Assembly: GCA_963761975.1 (NCBI GenBank) | Contig: CAVXIR010000007.1 | Coordinates: 1,359,906 to 1,423,905, forward strand | DNA from: Vicinamibacterales bacterium | GTDB lineage: Bacteria > Acidobacteriota > Vicinamibacteria > Vicinamibacterales > JAMQPK01 | Direction of reading: 5' to 3' | DNA length: 64,000 nt | Shown: one piece after another, positions 31,777 to 41,253 of the stretch | Numbering within the stretch: the first letter of the stretch is position 1 | Layout: every line of letters begins with the position of its first letter | The notes under the pieces: model-generated | Told to the model about the DNA's origin: nothing | Database searches by the model: none | Seen by the model: the letters and a program-made list of their open reading frames with translations, nothing else | Position numbers and translations under genes: made by a program

Positions 31777-32124
31777 ATGTCGGTAAGCTCCAGACCTAGA
31801 TCCTCAGAGGAACTCTTCCAAGCCTATCTCGCGGGCGACGAAACGGCCTACCACGACATCCGTCAAGACATGGAGAAGCTTGTTCATATCGTCGCTCGTC
31901 GATTCAGGGATGAAGCAGATCCTGAAACACTTCTTCCTATAGGGATGACCTACTTCGACAGAGCTTTGAAACACTACGTCGATCATCGCCAAGAGGCGGC
32001 TAAGCAAGGCAAACAGCTCTACAAATTCAGTACGTACTTCACTTGGTGGGCGAGGGAGAGCATTCGCACTTACCTGGGGATCGCTGAAAACCCCTTGGAG
32101 GGCATCATACCTCGCATGGAATAA
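31777..32124 (+). CDS. Mini-protein resembling sigma70 region 2
   Basis: KLVHIVARRF...LLPIG...RALKHY...YKFSTYFTWWARESI matches regions 2.1-2.4; no region 4. Confidence 0.65.
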   Translation: MSVSSRPRSSEELFQAYLAGDETAYHDIRQDMEKLVHIVARRFRDEADPETLLPIGMTYFDRALKHYVDHRQEAAKQGKQLYKFSTYFTWWARESIRTYLGIAENPLEGIIPRME

Positions 32125-32263
32125 TGAGAACTGGGCAGTGCGTAATCATTTCTTGTTTTCATTGAACCCTACATGACAATTCCCAAGTACAGCAAATATT
32201 TCAATTTACATTCAGTTACCAAAGGGATGGACACCTGAGGAGTTTTCCCGTGCCGTTCTTACA

Positions 32264-32434
32264 ATGGAGGAACTCTCACACCAAACACTTCTTCACTTGG
32301 TTGAACAATTCGGCATTCGATTCACTAGCGCCGACCCAACTCTGCTCGATGAAGAGGAATTGATTTCAGTATTGCTTGATGATGTAGAAAAACCACTTCT
32401 TCTTCAGGAACTCGACAAATTGCGAAAAGGCTGA
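32264..32434 (+). CDS. Small acidic hypothetical protein (possibly 5'-frameshifted)
   Basis: Manual translation MEELSHQTLLHLVEQFGIRFTSADPTLLDEEELISVLLDDVEKPLLLQELDKLRKG*; homologous segment at ~14700-14840 on the minus strand. Confidence 0.55.
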   Translation: MEELSHQTLLHLVEQFGIRFTSADPTLLDEEELISVLLDDVEKPLLLQELDKLRKG

Positions 32435-32454
32435 GTCTCACAGTCGTTTAGAAA

Positions 32455-32482
32455 TTGACACCCCTCACCTAGGTGCTAGGGT
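32455..32482 (+). promoter_or_regulatory. Sigma70-like promoter (cassette A, unit 2)
   Basis: TTGACA, 16 nt, TAGGGT with extended -10 TG. Confidence 0.6.
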
Positions 32483-32618
32483 AATCTGCAGACAGTCCTT
32501 CCAAACACGTTTCAGTCTAATCAGTCTGGCATCTTGAGCGGGAATACTCCTGCCTAAAATGCTCGACTGATTTCGGTCGTACCGTCTGGGATTTTCCCGA
32601 TGTTCCAGGAGAACTGGC

Positions 32619-33122
32619 ATGACAACTCTGTCTTCAAGAATCCCGCACCCTCAACCGTTCCCTGTCTACCTTGAAATTGAAGTGGGTGGGAAGTGTAGGG
32701 ATGAGCTCATCGCTGAGCTCGAAGCGAACCACATGTATGTCGACGATCACATCAAGAGTCTCATGCGAGAACTCAGCTTTAGACCCGGGCAGAAGAAGAT
32801 AGTTAAGTTCACGAAGGTCAAGGTTCAGGATCTCGGCTTCGTGGAAAGGCCGACGACTCGGCAACTCTGGACACGTATTAAGAAACTCGGGCATGATCTA
32901 TGCGAGTCGTACGATGGTCAGGGCATTCGATTAGCTCTTAAAGATCAGTCGCTGAGCAACTTATTCTGGATAGCTATGGACCTATACTATGTTGGAGCTC
33001 TTGGCGGGACGGCCATCTTCTGCATTAAAGGTCTTAATGGTGGCTTACCAGAGCTTGGTGCCAGCGTGATTGGCCCCAATTCTGTCTGGGATCTTGATCT
33101 TGAAGTCGTGTTCCGTCTTTAA
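32619..33122 (+). CDS. Hypothetical protein, paralog of 30463-30963
   Basis: FPVYLEIEVGGK...DLGF...IKKLGHDLC...G..IRL...WIAMD...VVFRL; identical 16-nt RBS context caggagaactggcatg. Confidence 0.75.
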   Translation: MTTLSSRIPHPQPFPVYLEIEVGGKCRDELIAELEANHMYVDDHIKSLMRELSFRPGQKKIVKFTKVKVQDLGFVERPTTRQLWTRIKKLGHDLCESYDGQGIRLALKDQSLSNLFWIAMDLYYVGALGGTAIFCIKGLNGGLPELGASVIGPNSVWDLDLEVVFRL

Positions 33123-33137
33123 TTGATACTTCTAACC

Positions 33138-33170
33138 TGCCCGACGCATCCTGCGTCGGGCTCTTCTTTT
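33138..33170 (+). terminator. Intrinsic terminator facing the recombinase 3' end
   Basis: gcccgacgca-tcc-tgcgtcgggc followed by tcttctttt. Confidence 0.7.
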
Positions 33171-33177
33171 ATATAGG

Positions 33178-34704
33178 TCATTTCATAGCTTCCTGTTTCT
33201 TTAACCACCGTTCCGCCCACCGCCACAGCTGCCAGGATGATTTGGAGAAAGTTCGAGTTACGTACCGATGAGGTGCACCATGTAGGAAAGCGCCTCGTTT
33301 CGCGAGCACGGCCAGGGCCGGATGTGGCTCAACCACAACGCAGTTTCCTGATACAGTGCGGTTCGAGCAGAGCTTCAGCACGAGTTCTCTGCGAAACGCG
33401 AGGTCTCCCATTTCGTAGCTTCGTTGAGCCGCGGAAGCCAGTTCGAGTATCTCCAAGATGAAATGCTTCACGGCGCCTGCATTTGTATGCTGTGATGTGA
33501 TCGATTCACGCAGTGAAGCCTCTTCGACGAGAAAGGCGTGTTTACGTTGCTCGAAGGTCGGCTTGTCGATTAGGCCATCAATGAGCGCGTCTACCAGCTT
33601 GGCTTGGCGCGCTTGAATTGCCGCAATCTGAAGTTCAAGCTCTCCGCGTAGGTCGCCATCATCCTTGCGGTCTTCCTGCTCAATGAGTTCAAGTTCCCGC
33701 TGGAGCCGAGCCCGTTCCTCATCAGACACAGCAATTGCCGGCCAGGAATCCAGGATGGCGGCTTCCAGCACCTCTTGCCGAAAGGTCTTGGTCGGGCAGC
33801 CTCTGGAATGGCAACGGTAGTCCCGGTGCCCCTTTTGGACTTCACCGAGAAGCGTTCGGCTACACGCTGAGCATTTGAATAGTCCTCGAAAGGCAAAGTC
33901 GTGAACGCGACCCTGCATCCGAATCTTTCCTGCTAGCCGCAGTTGGACCTGCTTGAACAGCGTCAGTCCGATTAGTGGCTTGTGCGCGCCCTGATATGTC
34001 TCGCCAGTGGCTTTGACACGGATCAGGCCAGCATAGAATGAGTTGTTGAGGATAACGGAAAGGCTGTTGAGGCACAGTCCATTGCCTCTCTTGTTCCGCA
34101 GACCACGGCGATGGAGTTCCACCGCGAGCGTGTCGAGTGTATGCTCGCCGGCCGCGTACAGCTCGAACGCCTGGCGGACAAGCGGCCCCTTGAGTGGATC
34201 GATCGTCTTGGCCTTGCCCTTCCCGCTATCGAGATAGCCTAATGGGGCACCGAAGGGAATGAGGCCCTCCTTGAGACGGCCCCGAATGCCTTTGATGATC
34301 TCTTCCCGGAGATTCCGAACGTAGTCCGCAGCGACGATTGCCTGGATGTCGGCAGAGAGACGGCCGCCACGGGAGTGGAGGTCAAGGCTTTCGTTGGCGA
34401 AGTGAACCGCCACGCCGGCATCGATCAGTTCATTGAGCTCGGTCCAGTCACGAAGGTTTCGAGCGCTCCGGTCAATCTTATGAATGATGACGCCCTGAGC
34501 CTTACCGCGCTTGAGTCCAGACATCATTTCTGCAAAGACGGGGCGCCCTTCCTTGGCCGCGGTAACGCACTCTTCAAACCAGGCCGCGACAGTTAGTCCA
34601 TGCTTCTGTGCATAGGTGGCAATGGCATCCCGCTGTTCCCTAAGCGAAACGCCCAGCTCGCTTTGCTTGCGAGTCGAGACCCTGGTGTAGGCGTAGAACT
34701 TCAT
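33178..34704 (-). CDS. Large serine recombinase (LSR-2) with att-like site in its 3' end
   Basis: YTRVST catalytic motif, DRSARN, recombinase domain, zinc ribbon CSAC...YRC...C, coiled coil; 26-bp site at 33248-33273 encodes PHRYVTRTF. Confidence 0.93.
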   Translation of the reverse strand: MKFYAYTRVSTRKQSELGVSLREQRDAIATYAQKHGLTVAAWFEECVTAAKEGRPVFAEMMSGLKRGKAQGVIIHKIDRSARNLRDWTELNELIDAGVAVHFANESLDLHSRGGRLSADIQAIVAADYVRNLREEIIKGIRGRLKEGLIPFGAPLGYLDSGKGKAKTIDPLKGPLVRQAFELYAAGEHTLDTLAVELHRRGLRNKRGNGLCLNSLSVILNNSFYAGLIRVKATGETYQGAHKPLIGLTLFKQVQLRLAGKIRMQGRVHDFAFRGLFKCSACSRTLLGEVQKGHRDYRCHSRGCPTKTFRQEVLEAAILDSWPAIAVSDEERARLQRELELIEQEDRKDDGDLRGELELQIAAIQARQAKLVDALIDGLIDKPTFEQRKHAFLVEEASLRESITSQHTNAGAVKHFILEILELASAAQRSYEMGDLAFRRELVLKLCSNRTVSGNCVVVEPHPALAVLAKRGAFLHGAPHRYVTRTFSKSSWQLWRWAERWLKKQEAMK

Positions 34705-34930
34705 TGGCGGAGCGGGTTAATACCAGGCTGGGGCGTACATGTACATTGCCAGTACCAGCGGCGTCGTCAACAGCGACCTGTGGATAACTCGAAGTCTTTT
34801 GTCCTTCGAGATGGCCATGCCATATCCGAATGACAAGCCTCAAATAGCCGTCAAGCCATTCGTCCGCTGACTGTTGTTCTTCGCCTTGTAGCTCAGGGAA
34901 GTAGCTCTCTTTACGCTGTTGCGCCGTCAT
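34640..34930 (-). CDS. Small hypothetical protein upstream of LSR-2
   Basis: MTAQQRKESYFPEL...ADEWLDGYLRLVIRIW; overlaps the recombinase start. Confidence 0.45.
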   Translation of the reverse strand: MTAQQRKESYFPELQGEEQQSADEWLDGYLRLVIRIWHGHLEGQKTSSYPQVAVDDAAGTGNVHVRPSLVLTRSANEVLRLHQGLDSQAKRAGRFA

Positions 34931-35096
34931 GCGCACAGCGTAAAAGTTTTGGGATAGATTCACTAGACGGCATTTCGTTCCAGGCAGATTGTTTCAGATG
35001 CCGATCGATATGGTCCGGATCCGAAAAGTGTTTTGTTTCCACAGCGGAACAATATGACGTCTACTGATGTTCTGCTGCGTTGCTATGCTTGATTGC

Positions 35097-35465
35097 ATGA
35101 CACCTTATGGATCGCTGGATAACTATATTGCGTTGCATCGCAAGCAGGCCGGTTTGTCCCAAGACGAGCTGGCGATCATGCTGGGTCTCGAAGGGCGCGG
35201 TTCGATCTCGCGTTACGAGATAGCATTGCGGCTGCCCGAACTCCAGACACTCATCGCCCTTGAGGTGGTGTTCGACGAGCCGATTCAAAAGCTGTTTGCC
35301 GGTGTTGCAGAGAAAGTCCGCGCGGACATCCCTATACGCGCACAAGCCGTATTGGAAGGCATGGGCGAGAAGCCAAGCGCGCAAAATGCCGAGAAACTGG
35401 CCACACTTGCAAGGCTCGCGCACATCGACGACGAATACACCATGCCATGGGAGAGCGCAGCGTAG
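35097..35465 (+). CDS. XRE-family HTH regulator
   Basis: IALHRKQAGLSQDELAIMLG...SISRYEIALRLP. Confidence 0.85.
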   Translation: MTPYGSLDNYIALHRKQAGLSQDELAIMLGLEGRGSISRYEIALRLPELQTLIALEVVFDEPIQKLFAGVAEKVRADIPIRAQAVLEGMGEKPSAQNAEKLATLARLAHIDDEYTMPWESAA

Positions 35466-35971
35466 CAATTCGTATCCTGGGGTTTGCCTCCACCACACGA
35501 GGATTTGCGTTTGCTCTAACAGAGGGGTCCGAGTGCCTCGTTGACTGGGGGAGCCGCCAGACATCGTCGCGATCTCAGCTCGTGGCGGCGCTCGATACCA
35601 TCATCAAGCGCGGCCGACCGCTTTTCGTCGCCGCCGAAATCGCCCGCACGGCCGACAGGAGCGACCGTGGCCGGCTCTTTGTCGATACGCTCAAGTCTGT
35701 CTGCGCGGTACACGATCTCATGATTCTTTGTGTTGAACGCAGTTGTGTTGACGCCGAAGGACGCACGATAGTTGTGACGAATCATGACCTTGCGAAAGCT
35801 GTGGCTGAGCGTTTCGACGCGATCGCAGGCAAGCTACCGAGACGGCGACGCCTCTGGGAAGGAGCCAACGACGGTATCGGAATTTTTCTCGCCGCTGCAG
35901 CGGCTGTTGCCGGATGGAATCATTTTCGACCCTCACCCTTTTCGTCGTCCTCGGAAAAGCCCGAGATCTGA
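35447..35971 (+). CDS. RuvC/RNase H-fold-like protein
   Basis: IRILGFASTTRGFAFAL...LVDWG beta-hairpin typical of RuvC-like proteins; the first catalytic Asp appears substituted. Confidence 0.5.
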   Translation: MGERSVAIRILGFASTTRGFAFALTEGSECLVDWGSRQTSSRSQLVAALDTIIKRGRPLFVAAEIARTADRSDRGRLFVDTLKSVCAVHDLMILCVERSCVDAEGRTIVVTNHDLAKAVAERFDAIAGKLPRRRRLWEGANDGIGIFLAAAAAVAGWNHFRPSPFSSSSEKPEI

Positions 35972-36240
35972 ACCGATTTACTCGCTGAATGTTGAGCGGT
36001 CGGCATAACTGCTTTGAAGCTCGCGCGCAACCCGTGTCAAGGCCGTAAGCCGCGCAAGCGCGGTCTGAGCGAAGCGAGGAGCCTTGACACGGGTCAGCAC
36101 GAGCCACCATCGATGGTTGGCGACCGCTCAACTTCGATCGAGGTGTTCACGATTTCCGCGCGTTCGCATTTACGCTGGCGACTTAGCGTGGAGCACTAGC
36201 ACGTCTACCAAACCGTGTGACTGGATGAGACGATTTTGGA

Positions 36241-37422
36241 ATGAATCAACGCTCACCAGATGTGACCTACTTCGCTCGCACCAATCACCGCCAGCCACGG
36301 CGAGTCTTCGGCATCAAGCAGGCTGACCGACGATCTCACATGTATGTAATTGGAAAGACCGGCACGGGAAAGTCCACGCTGCTCAAGACGATGGTGTTGC
36401 AGGACATCGCGGCGGGCCGTGGCCTGGCTCTTCTGGACCCTCACGGAGACCTGAGTTCCGAGATCCTCGCTGGCGTGCCGGCCGAACGGCGTAAGAAAGT
36501 CATTCACCTGGACACACCCAGCGCTAACTGGACCTTCAATCCCTTGAGTCACGTCGCAGCGGGGCATGAGGCGCTTGCCGTCGCTGAGCTTATCGAAGTC
36601 TTCAAGAAGATTTGGGTCGACGATTGGGGTCCTCGCCTTGAGCACGTGTTGCGAAACGTTCTCTTCACGCTCCTTGAGACACCCGGGGCGACACTGGCAG
36701 ACGTTCAGCCGCTCCTCACCAACCGAAAATATCGAGAAGCAGTCGCCGATGATCTGCAGAACACTGAGGTCCAGGATTTCTGGCTGAAGGAATACGCAGG
36801 GTAAAGTGGTCCGTTCAGGGCCGTTGTGATAGCCCCGCTCCAGAACAAACTCGGTGCCCTGCTGACCGATCCTCGAATGAGCGCCATCATCACAGCGGAG
36901 AAGACCTCCTTCGACATCGCTGCTTTAATAAACGAGGGATATGTCCTTCTCGCGAATCTCTCACGCGGGCAAATCGGCGAAGGGCCGGCTATGCTCCTCG
37001 GAGCACTGTTGGCCGCTCGGATAGGTTTGGCAGGGTTGGCACGAGCCGACCAACCAGAGCAGGATCGCCGAGACTTCTGCCTTTACCTCGACGAATTTCA
37101 GATGTTTTCGACCCAATCATTCGCATCGATGCTCGCCGAGCTGCGAAAGTATCGAGTTGCCTTGGTGCTTGCGAATCAGTATCTCGGCCAGCTGGAAATG
37201 CCGATTCGGGATGCAGTCATGGGAAATGTCGGGACACTGATCTGCTTCCGGGTGAGCGCCGACGATGCGAGCTACCTTGCGCGAGAATTCGTCCCGACGT
37301 TTGAGGCTCAGGACCTTGTGAGCATACCGAACTACAACGTGTGCATGCGACTCATGATTGACAGTGAGGTGTCCCGTCCGTTCAGTGCGGAAACCATCGT
37401 GGACGGTGATGTGCGAAATTGA
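36241..37422 (+). CDS. Second VirD4/TraD-like ATPase, interrupted by in-frame TAA at 36802-36804
   Basis: GKTGTGKS, DPHGD, YLDEFQ, ELRKYR...ANQ; both ORF halves are in the same frame. Confidence 0.8.
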
Positions 37423-37467
37423 AACGGTTAGAGTTTGGTTGTCGTTACTTGATATTGAGGTAGTGAC

Positions 37468-39000
37468 ATGAAGCAGGAAGCCGCTCGACGAACCGTTGAA
37501 ACAGAAAAGAAGCGCGTCGGAATCTGGATTCGCGTGTCGACCGAAATGCAGACCAACACCGACAGCCCTGAGCATCACGAGCAGCGAGCGCGCATGTTTT
37601 CAGAACAACTCAAGGGCTGGACGGTCTGCGAGGTCTATCGCCTAGACGCGGTGAGTGGCAAATCGGTGATGGCCCATCCTGAAACTCAACGAATGCTGGC
37701 GGACATCCGTCGCGGTCACATCACTGGGCTCGTGTTCTCCAAGCTCGCCCGCCTAGCACGGAACACGAAGGAACTTCTCGAGTTCTCGGAAATCTTCCGC
37801 TCTCACGACGCGGATCTCATTTCCTTGCAGGAATCGATCGACACGTCTTCGCCAGCCGGAAGGCTGTTTTTCACGGTCGTCGCAGCCCTAACGCAGTTCG
37901 AGCGTGAGGAGATTGCCGAGCGCGTGGCTGCCTCCGTCCCGATTCGGGCCAAATTGGGCAAGCCTCTGGGCGGCGCCGCACCGTTCGGGTATCGGTGGGA
38001 AGGTCGGCAACTGTTGCCGGATCCCCAGGAGGCGCCGATTCGGAAGCTGCTCTATGAGCTCTTCATTGAACATCGGAGAAAAAAGACTGTCGCAAGGCAA
38101 CTAAACCAAGCCGGGCACCGCACGCGCAATGGGTCAGCTTTTACCGATACCACCGTGGACCGGCTGTTGCGTGACCCGACCGCCAAAGGCGTGCGACGTG
38201 CGAACTACACCAGAAGCTTGGGTGAGAAGAAACATTGGCGCTTGAAACCCGAAAGCGAGTGGGTCTTGACGCCGGTTGAGCCGATCGTGTCCGAGGAACT
38301 GTGGGAGCAATGCAATGCGTTGCTCGACGAACGGCGCGAGGTGGCGAAGCGTCCGACACGGCGTCCGGTCCATCTGTTCGCCAGCGTGACCTATTGCACC
38401 TGCGGGCAGAAGATGTACCCACCGTCGAACTCGCCAAAATATATCTGCCGGCAGTGCAAGAACAAGATTCCGATCGTCGACTTGGAAGCTGTCTTTCAGG
38501 AGCAGCTCAAACAGTTCTTCCTGTCGCCCAGCGATCTCGCTGCGTACCTTGAGCAATCCGATGACGTGATCAAGACCAAGAAGGAACTCCTCGACTCTCT
38601 CGAAGCCGAGCGCGGCCGGCTGCGACAGGACATGGACAAGGTCTATCGGCTATATATGGCGAACGGCATCAGCGTGGACGGGTTCCGCCAGACCTACGGA
38701 CCGCTCGAAGAACGGGCGAAGCAGGTGGATGCTGAACTCCCGCGGCTTCAGGCCGAAGTCGACTACCTGAAGATCCAGCACCTGTCCCGGGACGAAGTGC
38801 TAATGGAAGCCAAGGATCTCTATTCCAGGTGGACCGGACTTGAACCGGACGAGAAGCAAAGGATTGTCGAAGCGGTTGTGCAACGCATCGAGATCGGAAA
38901 GGAGGACGTAGCCATCGAGCTGTGCTACGTCCCTTCGCTTTCCGAAATCGTGTCAACTGGGCAACGGTTGAACAGGGGTTCATTGCGGCCACGAGCATGA
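37468..39000 (+). CDS. Large serine recombinase (LSR-1), island integrase targeting comM
   Basis: WIRVST, ARLARN, APFGY, zinc ribbon CTCG...YICRQC, coiled coil; the 3' end reads across the comM junction. Confidence 0.93.
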   Translation: MKQEAARRTVETEKKRVGIWIRVSTEMQTNTDSPEHHEQRARMFSEQLKGWTVCEVYRLDAVSGKSVMAHPETQRMLADIRRGHITGLVFSKLARLARNTKELLEFSEIFRSHDADLISLQESIDTSSPAGRLFFTVVAALTQFEREEIAERVAASVPIRAKLGKPLGGAAPFGYRWEGRQLLPDPQEAPIRKLLYELFIEHRRKKTVARQLNQAGHRTRNGSAFTDTTVDRLLRDPTAKGVRRANYTRSLGEKKHWRLKPESEWVLTPVEPIVSEELWEQCNALLDERREVAKRPTRRPVHLFASVTYCTCGQKMYPPSNSPKYICRQCKNKIPIVDLEAVFQEQLKQFFLSPSDLAAYLEQSDDVIKTKKELLDSLEAERGRLRQDMDKVYRLYMANGISVDGFRQTYGPLEERAKQVDAELPRLQAEVDYLKIQHLSRDEVLMEAKDLYSRWTGLEPDEKQRIVEAVVQRIEIGKEDVAIELCYVPSLSEIVSTGQRLNRGSLRPRA

Positions 39001-40088
39001 AGCGGGCGGGAAAGGACGAAGTGCGCGCCGCCCGCGAGATGGTGATCCGCCCTTCCTCGAGCGGCTGGCGCAACGCTTCCAGCACGCGGCGGTCGAATTC
39101 CGGAAGCTCGTCGAGAAACAGCACGCCGTTGTGTGCCAGGCTGATCTCTCCAGGTCGAGGAATCGATCCACCACCCACCATAGCAACTTCTGAAATTGTG
39201 TGATGAGGCGCACGAAAAGGCCGGTGCTGCATCAGCGCCGTGCCTGTCGGCAGGGTGCCTGCGACCGAATGCACGGACGTGCAATCGAGGGACTCATCGA
39301 AATCGAGAACCGGAAGAATCCCCGCCAACCGCCTAGCCATCATCGTCTTGCCGCCGCCAGGCGCCCCAATCAGAAGAACGTTGTGGCCACCTGCGGCGGC
39401 AATTTCCAGCGCGCGTTTGGCCATGCTCTGGCCGATGACATCGGCGAAATCGGGCTCGGGATTGGCCGAGGAGCCCGACCTGGAGGCTGACGGACCCAAT
39501 ACAACGGTGGACGGAACCGAGCTAAGCGTCGGCACGACGACAGAACTACTCATGGCGATGGTTTTCAGTCGAGCCACACCGCCGTTCAGCGCCTCCACAG
39601 CCTCCAACAACGAATCAACCGCCAGCACTGTGAGACCCTCGACGACGTGCGCCTCTGGTGCGTTCGCGCGCGGCAGCAGAATTGCGGTTTTGCCTTCGCG
39701 CCGTGCCGCAACGGCAACGGGCAACGCGCCGCGAATCGAATGTATGGACCCATCGAGCGACAGCTCGCCAAGCAGGACGACACCCTCGAGCAGGCGTGGC
39801 TCTACGACGCCGTTTGCGGCGAGCACGCCAAGCGCGATAGGGAGGTCTGTACGAGGCGCCGGCTTTGCGAATGTCGGCTGGTGCCAGGTTTACTGTGATT
39901 CGGTGACCAGGGAACTCGAACCCTGAATTGCGGATCGCGGTACGAACGCGGTCTCGACTCTCCCGCACACTGGTGTCGGGAAGCCCAACCATCGTAAAGA
40001 CGGGGAGTCCGAACGACACGTCGACTTCGACGACGACGGGGAGCGCCTCCACACCGAGCACGGCCGCGCTCCGGAGGCTCGCCAGCAC
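38972..40088 (-). pseudogene. comM: 5' part of YifB/ComM Mg-chelatase-like AAA+ ATPase, truncated by the island
   Basis: [70 protein letters not shown], then homology stops; extra frameshift near 39850. Confidence 0.92.
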
Positions 40089-40258
40089 GCCACCCGCTTT
40101 TGCAAGTCCTTCTCCCGCTGGCCCACGGCGTAACCCGCGTGATACCGACACGTTAGCAAGCGCGCACGTTCGCTGTGATGAAAGAACCGCATAGAAGACA
40201 GCGCGTGAACGGCGCAGGATCTGCCACCTTCGACACTCGACAGTCGGCCCCAGGCAGG

Positions 40259-40801
40259 TTACTCCGCCGTCGCGCACATCGCGGCGATCTTCGTCACCGT
40301 CGACCAATTTCGGCTGGTCGCCGGCACCCCGAGCTGCTGCTCGATGAAGCTGTTCGGAAATCCGTACATGCCGTTCTTTTTCCGGCGGCTCACGATGAAC
40401 GCCGCGCGGTTGTCGATGGCGACGACCTCGAGGGCTTCCGTTGACGAGACGATCGGCAACGCCGGCATCGCGCGTGGTTCGGCCGCGAGAAACGCCACGT
40501 ACAGCTTCACGCTCGGATGCAGCCTTCCGAATGGCGCCCGCTTCACGACCCGCGCAACATCCGTAGCGGTTCGCACCATGATCTCGGGCTCTTTGCCGAT
40601 CAGCGGCTCGAGCCGTGTGGCAACCCTTGCGAGCAGGGCGGCGTTCCTCAAAGGCGCTTCGAAGAGGATGTTGCCGCTCTGAATATAGGAACGGACGTTT
40701 CGGCAGCCGGCAGATTCAAATGCCTTGCACACGTTGGCCATCTTTACGCTGGCGTGCCCGGCGACGTTCACCGCGCGAAGGAAGGCCACGTGCGGAGTCA
40801 T
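40259..40801 (-). CDS. DUF1697 domain protein
   Basis: [32 protein letters not shown]. Confidence 0.85.
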   Translation of the reverse strand: MTPHVAFLRAVNVAGHASVKMANVCKAFESAGCRNVRSYIQSGNILFEAPLRNAALLARVATRLEPLIGKEPEIMVRTATDVARVVKRAPFGRLHPSVKLYVAFLAAEPRAMPALPIVSSTEALEVVAIDNRAAFIVSRRKKNGMYGFPNSFIEQQLGVPATSRNWSTVTKIAAMCATAE

Positions 40802-40839
40802 TTCAGCGCTGCGTTCCTATGAAGGTTGGGCGGCGCCTA

Positions 40840-41175
40840 CTATGCGCCGGCCGCCGGAATTTCCTCGATCGATACGAACACCGGCAAGCCGCGCCGGCGA
40901 AACTCTTCGACTTCGAGGTCTGCGCCGTCAGATGCACCACCGATTCGGAGCACCGCGTCGCATCGCCCACTTAAACGGAGGGAGAGCGGCATCATGATGT
41001 CGTCGTAGCTTTGAGGACCGGCCGCGTCAATCATCGGCAGCGCCATGTTCACGCCGATGATTGGAACATGGCCCTTACGAAACAGCTCGTTCGCCGCCCG
41101 GTTTAATTCGCGAAGATTTGCGGCGCGGCCGTCGGGATGCGCCGATCGGTACGGTCCCGCCACCATAACCCACAT
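40840..41175 (-). CDS. DUF4406-like / nucleoside-deoxyribosyltransferase-fold small protein
   Basis: MVAGPY...NL...GHVPIIG...CDAVLRIGGASDGADLEV. Confidence 0.7.
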   Translation of the reverse strand: MWVMVAGPYRSAHPDGRAANLRELNRAANELFRKGHVPIIGVNMALPMIDAAGPQSYDDIMMPLSLRLSGRCDAVLRIGGASDGADLEVEEFRRRGLPVFVSIEEIPAAGA

Positions 41176-41253
41176 GCGTATGGTATACACCACAGGCGAT
41201 GAGACGGCGTTGTCTCTTCGCATCTTTGTCTTCGTGTCTTCGTGTCTTCGTGG

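Larger units (their letters stand above)
1..38972. mobile_element. Genomic island integrated in comM (left boundary outside the window)
   Basis: comM breaks at ...AAMNPC| next to an LSR; accessory, IS and defence content on the left and core genes on the right. Confidence 0.85.

Noticed and set aside
27695-33273. Three 26-bp direct repeats as a CRISPR array
   Set aside because: Spacing is 2-3.5 kb with genes in between, there are no cas genes, and one copy is coding within the recombinase.
33251-33280. gttcgagt...gcacca as a tRNA 3' end
   Set aside because: It has a T-loop-like start and a CCA end, but the distance between them is about 6 nt too long and no T-stem or 5' half can be formed. 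At most it is a distant echo of a tRNA-type target.
38669-38971. C-terminal 100 aa of the comM ORF
   Set aside because: Read-through into the antisense strand of the recombinase after the integration junction.
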